Below, piece by piece: positions 1-10,134 of a stretch of 64,000 nucleotides of DNA (position 1 is the first letter of the stretch; each line of letters starts with the position of its first letter). Below the pieces are notes generated by a model. It had not been told where the DNA came from. It saw only the letters and a program-made list of their open reading frames with translations, and made no database searches. The position numbers and the translations under genes are program-made. This DNA comes from Candidatus Hydrogenedentota bacterium (GTDB lineage Bacteria; Hydrogenedentota; Hydrogenedentia; Hydrogenedentales; SLHB01): NCBI GenBank assembly GCA_963668025.2, contig CAXXTH010000010.1:32001-96000 (forward strand), read 5' to 3'.

Positions 1-12
1 GAAAATGCCCAG

Positions 13-525
13 ATGACACGCTTGATCCATTTTGAGATTAAAAACATGCCAGAAATGCGGGTCATCGGTAAAACCATATGCCCCAAGATGGATATGGGCG
101 ATGATAATCCGGTGCCCGCCTTTTGGGAGAAGTGCTTCAGCGATGGCGTTTTTAAGACACTAGAAACCTTGCCCAATCCCTTGGTAAAAGATTATGTGGG
201 TTTCATGTGCGATGGGCCAGATAAAAAAACCTTCACCTATATCTGTGGCATGCTCTTCCCGAAAGGAACCGCTGTTCCCGAAGGTTTTGATTACCGGGAC
301 ATGCCCGCCATGCCCACGGCTGTAGGCTGGATACAAGGGCCAGATAAAAAAGTATATGCTGACGCCTACAAACTCACCCACGATGAAATGATAAAACAAG
401 GCTTTACGCTCTATTCAAAGAATTCCTATTGTATGGAGTTGTACAATTGCCCGCGCTTCACAACACCCCAGCCCAATGGCGATGTCATTTTAGACTATTA
501 TATGCCCTGCCAACCGAAGGAATAA
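13..525 (+). CDS. GyrI-like small-molecule/effector-binding domain protein
   Basis: 170 aa; 'VPAFWEKCF', 'YICGM', 'VPEGF', 'MELY', 'LDYYMP' pattern typical of GyrI-like/Cass2 domains. Confidence 0.75.
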   Translation: MTRLIHFEIKNMPEMRVIGKTICPKMDMGDDNPVPAFWEKCFSDGVFKTLETLPNPLVKDYVGFMCDGPDKKTFTYICGMLFPKGTAVPEGFDYRDMPAMPTAVGWIQGPDKKVYADAYKLTHDEMIKQGFTLYSKNSYCMELYNCPRFTTPQPNGDVILDYYMPCQPKE

Positions 526-687
526 GGCCGGACAAAATACTAGTAGTTCGTTTCATTTGAAGACGCGGATGTTTGACAGGGTCCGTACGAGATTTCCGGC
601 ATGGCCAGGCATTTACTAAAATTAAATGAGATGAACCACTAGGACAATTCAAGATGGGATGCAGCAAAGCGAATGAATTTTCGTCTC

Positions 688-739
688 CCGTAGCATGGCC
701 GTCTCGGCCATGCACATGGGCGGGACGCCCATGCTACGG
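688..739. repeat. REP-like inverted doublet (GTAG family), copy 1
   Basis: ccGTAGCATGGCCGTCTCGGCCATG-ca-CATGGGCGGGACGCCCATGCTACgg; related copies at 6716, 25419, 62041 and 63888. Confidence 0.85.
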
Positions 740-864
740 CATTTGAAATCGATTTGGAGCGCGACATTTTAAAACGCTCTGGCTTTGATAGAACTAACGC
801 GAAAATGCCGCCGGTAATGGCGCATACAAAACCATCGAACGATAAAGAAAGTGATGAACACACC

Positions 865-1914
865 ATGTATGAAGACAAGCTTATCGTGGGAATGCCCGCG
901 GGGTCGCTGGCGGATCCGAATCGGGGGGGCAGCCTTATCGAGCTGTTGAAACATGCCGGTTTTCCTACGAAAGGATATGACCAGGGCGGGCCGAGCTGTT
1001 TTCCGATCACGCCGTTCTTGATTGGCTGGGATGGCCGCCCGCAAGAGTTCGGCTCCCAGCTTGCCATCGGTGAGATTGACATCGCCATCGGCGGGCGCGA
1101 CTGGGTCCGCGAGCGCCAGCTCGAATTTGAATACGAATACGGGCAGCGTATCGAGATGGTCTATGTGCAATCCCTCGAACGCGGCCATGTCCGGCTGGTC
1201 ATCATTGCGCGCCCGGAAGAAACCGCTGACGGCGTGGATGCGTATCTGAAGGCCCTGCTGGCCTCGAAGCCTCTCGTGACCATGGTGTCCGAGATGCCAT
1301 ATATTGCGTATGACTGGTTCAAGAAAAAAGCGGAAGCGCTGGGTTTTGGCGAATCGCACACCGCCTTCTCCGTGCAGAAATTTAAAACGCCGCCCAAAAT
1401 CGAGCGGGGCATTGTTATTTATGAGACATGGGGCAAGACGGAGGCGAAAGTGAAAAACGGCTCCGTGGATTTTGGCCTCGAGATCACCCAGTCCGGCAGC
1501 GCCATCCGTAATTACGGCCTCAACATAATCGATGAGGTGATGAAATCGGAATCCACGATCTGGGCCAGCCCGGCTTTGCGCGCCAATCCGGTGAAATATG
1601 ATCTTGCACGCATGTTTCTATTGAATCTGTATGGTTCGATTTATGCCGAGAACAAAGTCCTCGTGTCATTCAATATGCGGAAAGAATGCATGGAGCCGCT
1701 ACTGGCGTATTTACGCGAGCATCATTTGTTTGGCGACGAGCCTACGATCAACCATGGCGAACACTATTTGGAATGCAGCATCCAGCTCGATGCGTCGAGT
1801 TCCATGCTCCCCCTTGCGCGGGTGCGGTATGAACTGGCGAAACTGGGAGCCACGGCCATCGAGACGATCCCCCTCGATTCCTCGATTCCCGGCTTGAATG
1901 TGCTCGAGTTCTGA
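865..1914 (+). CDS. hisG: ATP phosphoribosyltransferase, divergent long form
   Basis: 'GMPAGSL', 'RPQE', 'IDIAIGGRDW', 'GKTEAK..G.VD..LEITQSG..I..YGL' plus a C-terminal regulatory domain; start moved to ATG 865 (MYEDK). Confidence 0.75.
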   Translation: MYEDKLIVGMPAGSLADPNRGGSLIELLKHAGFPTKGYDQGGPSCFPITPFLIGWDGRPQEFGSQLAIGEIDIAIGGRDWVRERQLEFEYEYGQRIEMVYVQSLERGHVRLVIIARPEETADGVDAYLKALLASKPLVTMVSEMPYIAYDWFKKKAEALGFGESHTAFSVQKFKTPPKIERGIVIYETWGKTEAKVKNGSVDFGLEITQSGSAIRNYGLNIIDEVMKSESTIWASPALRANPVKYDLARMFLLNLYGSIYAENKVLVSFNMRKECMEPLLAYLREHHLFGDEPTINHGEHYLECSIQLDASSSMLPLARVRYELAKLGATAIETIPLDSSIPGLNVLEF

Positions 1915-1921
1915 ACGCTCT

Positions 1922-3343
1922 TTATTCCGGCTTTTCCGATGTTTGGACGGGGCAAAGCCAGTACAGATTTTTTGCACCTCGCATGACAAGGCTCATGCGG
2001 CTTGAACCGGCGATATCGCCGCGTTCGATGATGCCTTCGATGCGCTCGGGAAACGCATAGGTGAAATCCGGGGCGGAGGCGAAGCCGCCATCGCGGTAGA
2101 GCCACACGTTAAAATCTTGCGGGCTTGTGCTCCAGGCGGCATCTGTTTTGTGGTCGCCGTTAAAGTCTTCAAGTATGCAATTGCGCAGCGGAGAGCCGTC
2201 CTCGATTTTCAAAAACCATTGGATGGGGAGGCGGCATTCGATGGAAGAAACGGCGGCAGGTTCATAGCGCATCTTTTCAGGATTGAAAAGGTGCATGGAT
2301 ACATGAATTGGCCATGTTTTTCCAATGATGGCGCTCATGAGCGAATCAAGCGATTTGCCCGGTTTTGGCGTCCACCACAGAAACAGATCGGCGTATCCAT
2401 CCCCATTAAAATCGGGTATGCTGCCGCGAGGCGCGGCTAAGATGCCTGGATATTGCCTTGCGGGCAGAATTTTGATGCCGCTTTCACTCCATGGATTGAC
2501 GGTGGGCGAGATTTCTCGAAGGCGAATCTGGGTGCTGTTCATATGGGGCTTTACCGGCGCATAGAGCACGCGCGTGGAATCCGCGCCATCGGTGCGCAGG
2601 GAAAACCACGGCCAGTTCTCTGGCGCTTGTTCGGCCATCTGAGCGAGTTGTGAAGGTGGGGCCCAACGATGCTGGCGCATGGGTTGTGCTTCTTCCGCGG
2701 GATGGAATTCAGGGGGCAGATCGGCATCCGGATTTTGTTTTGAAGATACATGAAGCCGCAGGCTGCCTGGCGGGCCTCCCTTATCTTCGCCATCGGAGGC
2801 ATCCGCATAAAAGAGATGCATGAATGGCTGTTGGCCGTTGTCCGCGCTCTGGAAGGGATAACTCGCAATCAGGCGGCTGTCCAGCCGGCGCAGTTCAAAA
2901 CCGGTTTGGACGGGAAGGGCGAGCAAGGTTTCGCCATACCATGAAACGGCAAGTACGGCTGGTTCAGGCAGGGGAGGCTGGACGGGGCCTTTCAGCAGCG
3001 TATCGAGCGTGAACAGTTCAACGGGCTCCGGCGCATGATCTTGAGGCGGTATGTTGTATTGCATAATGCGGCCATTTTCGATGGCAACGATTTCACTATG
3101 TCCATCGCCGGTGATATCCGCCACATCGAAAACGGTGGTGTCCGCATGGAAAGCCACCCGGCGCACCACGTCCGTTCTGGAAGAATAGATGGCCATATCA
3201 AGCCCGCTCAAGACGCATAATTCCGCGGGCGCATCTTGTTCGATTTGGGCGAAAAAAACAGTGTCCGCGGGAACGCTGGCGGGGATGGCCTTTACATCGA
3301 GAAGGGCCCCCAAGCCAGCGGCGAGCAAAACCAAAGGGATCAT
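1922..3343 (-). CDS. Secreted FG-GAP/VCBS repeat protein
   Basis: Hydrophobic N-terminus; DITGDG, DFNGDGYAD and DFNGDHKTD repeats. Confidence 0.75.
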   Translation of the reverse strand: MIPLVLLAAGLGALLDVKAIPASVPADTVFFAQIEQDAPAELCVLSGLDMAIYSSRTDVVRRVAFHADTTVFDVADITGDGHSEIVAIENGRIMQYNIPPQDHAPEPVELFTLDTLLKGPVQPPLPEPAVLAVSWYGETLLALPVQTGFELRRLDSRLIASYPFQSADNGQQPFMHLFYADASDGEDKGGPPGSLRLHVSSKQNPDADLPPEFHPAEEAQPMRQHRWAPPSQLAQMAEQAPENWPWFSLRTDGADSTRVLYAPVKPHMNSTQIRLREISPTVNPWSESGIKILPARQYPGILAAPRGSIPDFNGDGYADLFLWWTPKPGKSLDSLMSAIIGKTWPIHVSMHLFNPEKMRYEPAAVSSIECRLPIQWFLKIEDGSPLRNCILEDFNGDHKTDAAWSTSPQDFNVWLYRDGGFASAPDFTYAFPERIEGIIERGDIAGSSRMSLVMRGAKNLYWLCPVQTSEKPE

Positions 3344-4923
3344 GGCGCATCCTCCGGCCCGCCTGGGGTATTTTCCCGGGAAAGGTATAGCGAGGTTTTG
3401 GAAGGTTCAAAAAACGGGGCCGAGTCTTCCATGACGCCAATGTCGCTACGCCCATCTCCGTCTACATCGGCCACGCCAAATGATTTGCCCGGCTCTATAT
3501 CGAGCGTGGCCTCCGGCTTGGATGCATACCCTTGCATCCCGCCTGCAAAAACGGATAGATGCGTATTATCCGTTTGGACCAAGGCGTCCCGGATGCCGTC
3601 TCCGTTAAAATCACCGCCAAAATAAACGAGACGGGAATTTAGATATCGCTGAAACAACGCATCGTAAAACATAGGCGGATCAGGCAGTTGAATCTCGAAT
3701 TCTCCGCGCACATCGGGGCGTGCGGAGAAGGCGCCATCTTGTTGAAAGCGGATTTCCACGATATGTGTCACCGTGTTTTCGGATATGAGGCGCGCCAAGG
3801 TTTCACGAATGCCGCCCTCGCCCAGATTGTTGGATTCACTGACTAGATCCATATCTCCATCATGATCAAAATCGATAAACAAACACGAGGGCTTATACGC
3901 GCTGCTTATGGCGCGCACGTGCGTACGGCCTCCGTCCAGCGTGGCGTATGTGGTGCTGATGAGGGATAAGTTTGCCCCATCACCGCTCCACGATATTGAA
4001 TTTCCAGCATAATCCACTATGGAATCGGCATTGAGCCTGCACGGTTCTACAAATCGGGGAAGCGGCTCCGTCTCCATCCCGGCGGGATTGGCCGTGTCCA
4101 GCGCAAATCCAGAGGAGGTCGAAACGGTTTGGTAGGGCGTTATTTGATAGCGCCGCATTTGATCGGCTTGTTGAAAGAGCCTGTAGACCGCGATACGCGG
4201 GCCATCGAGTACAATATCGCAATTCATGTCCCGGCCAGGGGCTATTACGCCGCGCGCGGCTTGAGGCCAGATAGCCGTATGATTTCGGATAAGATACGGG
4301 GGCGGGTAAACCGGCAAGACGCCCGCTGAAACATACACAGCTACGCCATCCGCATCGCTTTTCCGCCAAATATGCAGCCCGTCTGGTTTTGCACGCACAA
4401 CCTCAGGGATTCCGTCACCGTCAAAATCATGCAAAAACCGTTCAAAAAAACACCGGGCAGGCTTCTCCGATTCCGGTTCAGATGCGCTGCTGGAGCTATC
4501 TTGTTCTTCTGGCGGGGTGCTCCCGCCGCATGCGGATACATCGGCGCATGCGAACTCCGGCGTGGGCCAATCGGATTGCTTCCAAGAACCTGCTCCGCCC
4601 GGCTCGACCGTCCAAGCCAGCTCTTGGAGGGTATGCTGATCAAGGCGATAAATTCGGTTTGCCCATACTTGTATGGCATATCCATCGCCAGAAGGCGTGG
4701 GGTATTCAGCCTTATCGGTGGCACGAAAGCCTTGGTTCCGCTGGAAAATGGCGAAATGTTCAAAAACAAGATCCTGCGCGCCGTCGCCATCCAGGTCGGT
4801 GCGCTGGAAATTGCATACCGGCTCTCCCGTGAGTTGGTTTGGAAATCCGATGGACACGCAGTCGATATCTTGCTTCACGAATGTGGTTGCGCCTAGAAGG
4901 CATGACACAAGCAAGGAGATCAT
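3340..4923 (-). CDS. Secreted FG-GAP/VCBS repeat protein
   Basis: DLDGDG, DFDGDG, DFDHDGDMD, DFNGDG, DVDGDG repeats; ATG 4923 overlaps the upstream stop (ATGA). Confidence 0.75.
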   Translation of the reverse strand: MISLLVSCLLGATTFVKQDIDCVSIGFPNQLTGEPVCNFQRTDLDGDGAQDLVFEHFAIFQRNQGFRATDKAEYPTPSGDGYAIQVWANRIYRLDQHTLQELAWTVEPGGAGSWKQSDWPTPEFACADVSACGGSTPPEEQDSSSSASEPESEKPARCFFERFLHDFDGDGIPEVVRAKPDGLHIWRKSDADGVAVYVSAGVLPVYPPPYLIRNHTAIWPQAARGVIAPGRDMNCDIVLDGPRIAVYRLFQQADQMRRYQITPYQTVSTSSGFALDTANPAGMETEPLPRFVEPCRLNADSIVDYAGNSISWSGDGANLSLISTTYATLDGGRTHVRAISSAYKPSCLFIDFDHDGDMDLVSESNNLGEGGIRETLARLISENTVTHIVEIRFQQDGAFSARPDVRGEFEIQLPDPPMFYDALFQRYLNSRLVYFGGDFNGDGIRDALVQTDNTHLSVFAGGMQGYASKPEATLDIEPGKSFGVADVDGDGRSDIGVMEDSAPFFEPSKTSLYLSRENTPGGPEDAP

Positions 4924-5708
4924 GCGTGCAGATTCCTGCGATTCAACACAAAGATGGCCACGGCTGTGAAGATAATAAACGCGCAAGCAGAGGTGATAAC
5001 ACAATTCTGAATGGAAGGCCACCAAGGAGAAGAAATGCCGTTTACTTGGTCGTTATACACATCCCACGGCGTTTCGACATACGTTGTGAATAGGAAAGAC
5101 TCAATGCCAATGAAATGTTTGGCCATATCGAGCACCAGCCAGATGCAGATGGAGCCGCCCACCGCCGCCGCCGGACGGCGGACCAGCGTGGACACCATGA
5201 GCGCAAACGCAACCATGGCGAATTGGGGTAGCAACGTCACGAGCATGCCAAATAGATAGGCGCTCGCCATTTCCGAGTTGGTATATAACACTTCCCCGCC
5301 GTAAGCCACCCCGGTGAGATCGCCATAGAATGAAATAGCTCCCCAACTCGACACCGCGACGACGATGGTCAGCATCACGGCATAAGACATGCCTAGCATC
5401 AGCTTCGCCAGCAGAAAATCCATACGGGTAATAGGCCGGACCAGCACCGTGCGGATGGCGCCGCTGTTCATTTCCGATGAAATGAGCGGCGCGCAATACG
5501 CCAGCAACACCACCAGCCCTACCATATTAAGGACGATAGGCGTCGTGTACCCAATGAATCCATAATCCACCACCCAATTCCGTGAAAAAGAATGGCTCAG
5601 CGAACCCGCCACGGACAGCAGCAACAGCAGCGGGCCGGCATAGGTGAATTTCTGCCGGATGGCCTTGTCGATTTCGACCCGGTATGCTATCCAAAGACGC
5701 CGCATCAT
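4920..5708 (-). CDS. ABC-2 type transporter permease
   Basis: About 6 hydrophobic segments; 'ISSEMNSGAIRTVLVRPITR..FLLAK' motif; ATG 5708 overlaps the ATPase stop. Confidence 0.85.
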   Translation of the reverse strand: MMRRLWIAYRVEIDKAIRQKFTYAGPLLLLLSVAGSLSHSFSRNWVVDYGFIGYTTPIVLNMVGLVVLLAYCAPLISSEMNSGAIRTVLVRPITRMDFLLAKLMLGMSYAVMLTIVVAVSSWGAISFYGDLTGVAYGGEVLYTNSEMASAYLFGMLVTLLPQFAMVAFALMVSTLVRRPAAAVGGSICIWLVLDMAKHFIGIESFLFTTYVETPWDVYNDQVNGISSPWWPSIQNCVITSACAFIIFTAVAIFVLNRRNLHA

Positions 5709-6613
5709 GAGTTGAGCACTTTCAAAAAATAGTCCTGAAGCGTCCGCCGCCGGGGAATAACGCCCGACAAGACGAAGCCAGAACTCATGAGGAATCCTGC
5801 CAATTGATGAACGGAACCGCCGCCAAGGACGACCTCGATTCGGCCAGGCTGCACATGTGCCGACTCGACCCAAGGCTGTTGTTCAAGCTGCTTGGCTGCG
5901 GCCTCGGGGGCGTCCACCAGCACTTCGACATGGCTGGTGTCATACGAAAGCAGCCCTTCGGTCTCTTCACATACAAGAAGCCGCCCCTTGTTCAATATGG
6001 CGACGCGGTTGGCGATCATTTCGACTTCTTGCAGCATATGGCTCGAGAAAACGATGGTGACCTTGGCTTCAGAAGCGAGGCTGCGCAACATTTCCAAGAC
6101 ATCCTGCGTGGCCTCGGGATCGAGCCCGCTGGTAGGCTCATCCAGAAGCAATAACTCCGGCTCCGTGAGCAATGCTTGGGCCATTCCGAGCCGCTGGCGC
6201 ATGCCTTGCGAAAAGGAGCCGACTTTGCGGCCGGCCACGCGCAGCAGGCCCATGCGGTCCAGGGCGCGATCCACGTTAAGGGTGCGGCCAGCCAGTTGCG
6301 CGAGGATCATCAGGTTGCGCCGGGCCGTCAGGTGATCGTAAAACGCCGGCCGCTCGACCAAGACGCCGATACGCTGGGCAATCTCAATCCAGTTGCGCCG
6401 GATATTCTTCCCAAATATCGTGGCCGAGCCTGAAGAAGGCGGCACTAGCCCAGCGAGCATATACAAGGTAGTGCTCTTGCCTGCGCCATTGGCCCCGAGC
6501 AAACCCAGAATTTCACCCGTACGCACCTCGATGGTCAAGCCGCTCAACGCCACGACCGAGCCGTAACATTTGGTAAGATCTTTCGTCTGAATGCATGCAG
6601 CCATAGCTTCCAT
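5705..6613 (-). CDS. ABC transporter ATP-binding protein
   Basis: Walker A GANGAGKS, signature FSQGMRQR, Walker B LLLDEP, H-loop SSH. Confidence 0.95.
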   Translation of the reverse strand: MEAMAACIQTKDLTKCYGSVVALSGLTIEVRTGEILGLLGANGAGKSTTLYMLAGLVPPSSGSATIFGKNIRRNWIEIAQRIGVLVERPAFYDHLTARRNLMILAQLAGRTLNVDRALDRMGLLRVAGRKVGSFSQGMRQRLGMAQALLTEPELLLLDEPTSGLDPEATQDVLEMLRSLASEAKVTIVFSSHMLQEVEMIANRVAILNKGRLLVCEETEGLLSYDTSHVEVLVDAPEAAAKQLEQQPWVESAHVQPGRIEVVLGGGSVHQLAGFLMSSGFVLSGVIPRRRTLQDYFLKVLNS

Positions 6614-6715
6614 CGTAGCACAAATGGAGGTCCGCTTCCGAATCGACAGGCTATGGAAAACCAGGACGCCGTGCCCAAGATCGGATGAGGCAAGGCGCCT
6701 AGTTTTTTCTCACCT

Positions 6716-6744
6716 GTGGCATGGCCGGGACGCCCATGCTACGG
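6716..6744. repeat. REP-like singlet (GTAG family), copy 2
   Basis: gtggCATGGCCGGGACGCCCATGCTACGG. Confidence 0.75.
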
Positions 6745-7011
6745 AAAGACGCTAATATACACACGGTCTCGGTTTGTATATTGCGATGGGAGTCACGCTG
6801 GCTGCAGAACCAAAATGAATGACCGGCGAGGGCGCCGATCCTAAAGGAGTTGCGAATATGGCAACCAATCATTTTGAAGGGAACATCCGTTCCATATCCT
6901 CAAGGGTGAGGCGCATCGCACTTACGAGGCCTGATGTACAAAACGAAACAGGAACTGCCCTGGGTTTGCACCCGGAACAGTTCCCGTTTCAAATTGGGGC
7001 AAGGCGCTGGC

Positions 7012-8484
7012 TCAGAAGCTATAGCCCTCTTCACCATGTTCATGCACGTCCAAGCCAGACACTTCGATATCGGGACTGGGCCGCAACCCGACAACCGCCC
7101 TGATGATGAAGGCAAGAATGATCGTGCTGACAACCGCCAGGACGATCGTCACGCCCATCGCTTTGAGTTGATGGAGCCACAATGTCCGCCCAACGATTTC
7201 CTGTAAGTTTGTCGCCAGATTCGCGTTTACGTCAATGGTGGCCAAAATGCCCGTCAGGAAAGCGCCCAACGTTCCACCAACCGCATGCACTCCGAATGTA
7301 TCCAATGCGTCGTCATAACCGAGCGCGTTCTTCAGTTTAGTGCAGGCCAGGAAGGGAATGATCCCGGCGGCGACGCCGAGGAGCACCGCGCCGCTGGGTG
7401 TGATGAAACCGCAGGCCGGAGTGACCACCACTAAGCCGCCCACCGCGCCCGAGCAGAAACCCAACACGCTAGGTTTGCCCCTGGTAATATACTCGGCCAT
7501 CGCCCACGCGAATGAAGCCACCGCGGTGGCCAGCGTCGTCGTGGTGAAGGCATTAGCGGCGATCCCGTCAGCCGCGACGGCGCTGCCAGCGTTGAAGCCA
7601 TACCAACCGACCCATAGCATCCCGGTGCCGACCATGCAAAGGACCATACTATGCGGTGTCATGGCCACTTTGCCGTAACCCAGACGCTTGCCCAGGATCA
7701 AGCACAGGACCAGCGCTGACCAGCCCGAGGTCATGTGAACCACGGTGCCACCGGCGAAGTCGATGGCTTTGATCGCGGCATCTGCGTTCCACACCCCGTT
7801 CATTAGGCCGTTGATTCCCCAGATCATGTGCGCCATCGGGAAGTAAACCAGGAACATCCAGCCGGTGATAAACAACAGGACGGCGGAATACTTCATCCGT
7901 TCGGCGATCGCGCCAATGATGAGCGCGGGCGTAATAATCGCGAACATCAGTTGATACGAGGCGAAGACGTTCTGTGAGACCCAGGCCGCGTAATCGGCGT
8001 TAGGAACCGAAGTGACTCCACGAAAGAAGAAATATTCCGTGCCGCCAAGCAGCGCGCTGTTGAAGCTCTTGCCAAAGACCAGGCTATAACCGAAAGCCCA
8101 CCACAGAATGGTCACCAGGCCAGCGATCCCCAGGCATTGCGCCAAGACAGAAAGTACGTTCTTACGCCGCACTAGTCCGCCATAAAACAGCGCCAAACCG
8201 GGAAGGGTCATGAACAGCACCAGCGCCGCGGAGACCATCATCCAGGCGTTGTGGCCAGGACCGGGGCTGCTCAAGTGTTTTGGGGCCACGTTATTGATGT
8301 AGGCTTCCAGGTCGGCGACGCGTTCTTCTAGTTGCACCGTGGGTTGAGCGTCTTGAACCGCAGGTTGAGCGTCTGCAGGAGCAGGTGTGGGCGCTTGGGC
8401 TCTGGCCCACCCCCCCATCAGAATCATCGCCAGCATGAAGATCAAAGCGGCGAGGTGGCGTCTTATCTTGTCATGGAACATCAT
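7012..8484 (-). CDS. amtB: Ammonium transporter
   Basis: 'FMTLPGLALFYGG', 'DFAGGTVVH', 'GWYGFNAGS', 'DDALDTFGVH'; AAGGAG RBS before ATG 8484. Confidence 0.97.
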   Translation of the reverse strand: MMFHDKIRRHLAALIFMLAMILMGGWARAQAPTPAPADAQPAVQDAQPTVQLEERVADLEAYINNVAPKHLSSPGPGHNAWMMVSAALVLFMTLPGLALFYGGLVRRKNVLSVLAQCLGIAGLVTILWWAFGYSLVFGKSFNSALLGGTEYFFFRGVTSVPNADYAAWVSQNVFASYQLMFAIITPALIIGAIAERMKYSAVLLFITGWMFLVYFPMAHMIWGINGLMNGVWNADAAIKAIDFAGGTVVHMTSGWSALVLCLILGKRLGYGKVAMTPHSMVLCMVGTGMLWVGWYGFNAGSAVAADGIAANAFTTTTLATAVASFAWAMAEYITRGKPSVLGFCSGAVGGLVVVTPACGFITPSGAVLLGVAAGIIPFLACTKLKNALGYDDALDTFGVHAVGGTLGAFLTGILATIDVNANLATNLQEIVGRTLWLHQLKAMGVTIVLAVVSTIILAFIIRAVVGLRPSPDIEVSGLDVHEHGEEGYSF

Positions 8485-8513
8485 GAGATAAATCTCCTTC
8501 ATTTCAATTGAAT

Positions 8514-8669
8514 TCACAGAACATCGGTGTCCTTTTCACCGGTGCGGATACGAGTGATGGCTTCGAGCGGTGTGATGAGAATCTTGCCGTCGCCGATGGT
8601 AGCGGTGCGCGCAACCTGAGCGATCATTTCGACCGCTTCGCCCACCTGGCGGCGCGGGCGTTTGGGTGC
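8514..8669 (-). pseudogene. C-terminal half of a second P-II protein, in frame after the glnK stop
   Basis: Hand translation APKRPRRQVGEAVEMIAQVARTATIGDGKILITPLEAITRIRTGEKDTDVL* carries the IGDGKI and RIRTGE motifs; no N-terminal half. Confidence 0.85.
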
Positions 8670-9068
<399 letters not shown>

Positions 9069-9120
9069 TCATGCCCGGCGCCTGCTCCGGCTAGTTATCA
9101 GGCAGGGTCACGATGGGTAG

Positions 9121-9137
9121 AGCATATGCCGTGCCAA
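9121..9137 (-). promoter_or_regulatory. Sigma-54 (-24/-12) promoter of glnK-amtB
   Basis: Minus strand TTGGCACGGCATATGCT: GG-N10-GC spacing matching TGGCACG-N4-TTGC. Confidence 0.75.
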
Positions 9138-9426
9138 TTATCACATAGAGGGCGTTCGCGGATATCCCCGCCTGCCCTCCACTCCGCGCATTTAATTGCG
9201 AATAAATGGGTTAAGTCTATTCTTCCCGTAAAGGCACGGGCACGGAAGATATCAGGCCAAACTCCACACAAGCGAATTATGGCGCATGGACGCCTACATG
9301 TTTGTAGGTTTTTAGGTGCTAGGGTTACGGCTCCGTAAGCGAACACCTACAAATCAATCGAGGCCTAATCATGGAGATTTAAGAAGATGATGAAAAAGAG
9401 ATTCCGCGCCGCGATAAAATACTTTC

Positions 9427-9455
9427 TTGACATGTATGACTACGATTCGTATACT
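9427..9455 (+). promoter_or_regulatory. Sigma-70-type promoter
   Basis: TTGACA-17 nt-TATACT upstream of the 9521/10135 operon. Confidence 0.7.
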
Positions 9456-9520
9456 TTGCGCACAAAAGTCGTATCGTGCAGTGGGGGGCATTGTTGAGGG
9501 GAATAGGACGCGCCAATCGG

Positions 9521-10132
9521 ATGCAAAGCGCCGTTCTAACGGAGTCATCTATCCCGCTCGAGGCTATGGCCAAGCTCTACGCCTCGAATGCCCGTGCTGT
9601 CATTCTGCGCATGTTTCTGCTAGATCCCCTTCGTTCGTATTACCAGCGCCAAATAGAGGGCGCTACGGATCTGCCCATTCGGGCGGTCCAGCGGGAAGTC
9701 GAACGATTATCGAGCATTGGCCTGCTTTACCGCCGGGAAGAAGGCAACCGCGCCTATTATCAAGTGAACACCCTGTTCCCGTTCTACCCCGAGTTGCGCA
9801 GCATGGTCTTGAAAAGCTGTAGTCCAGTGGACCGTTTGCGCGGGCAGCTTGCGGTGAGAGATGATATCCGGCTCGTCTTTTGGTGCGAGGGCAAGAACCG
9901 GGTGCTGGTGGTGGTTCAGGGGGAATCAGATATAGAGTTCGCCGAGCCATCGTGTTACGCCATTACCGCCATGCCATGCGAAGAGTTTGAACGGGCGCTG
10001 GCGGCGGGCGCAAAAGAAATAAAACTGTTTTTGGAACGGGGCGTAGACCTGCTGGGGCGCAGGGATGGGGTGATCTGGCGCCGCATCGAAGCCGCGGGAT
10101 ACACGGTGCGCAAGGGAAAGGGTGTGGCCTAG
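9521..10132 (+). CDS. Winged-helix (ArsR/MarR-like) protein with a degenerate nucleotidyltransferase-like C-terminus
   Basis: 'YQRQIE..T.LPIRAVQREVERL..IGLL..REEGNRAYYQVN..FPFYPELRSMVLK' matches wHTH-NTase fusion N-termini; GS/DxD motif absent; start uncertain. Confidence 0.6.
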   Translation: MQSAVLTESSIPLEAMAKLYASNARAVILRMFLLDPLRSYYQRQIEGATDLPIRAVQREVERLSSIGLLYRREEGNRAYYQVNTLFPFYPELRSMVLKSCSPVDRLRGQLAVRDDIRLVFWCEGKNRVLVVVQGESDIEFAEPSCYAITAMPCEEFERALAAGAKEIKLFLERGVDLLGRRDGVIWRRIEAAGYTVRKGKGVA

Positions 10133-10134
10133 CC

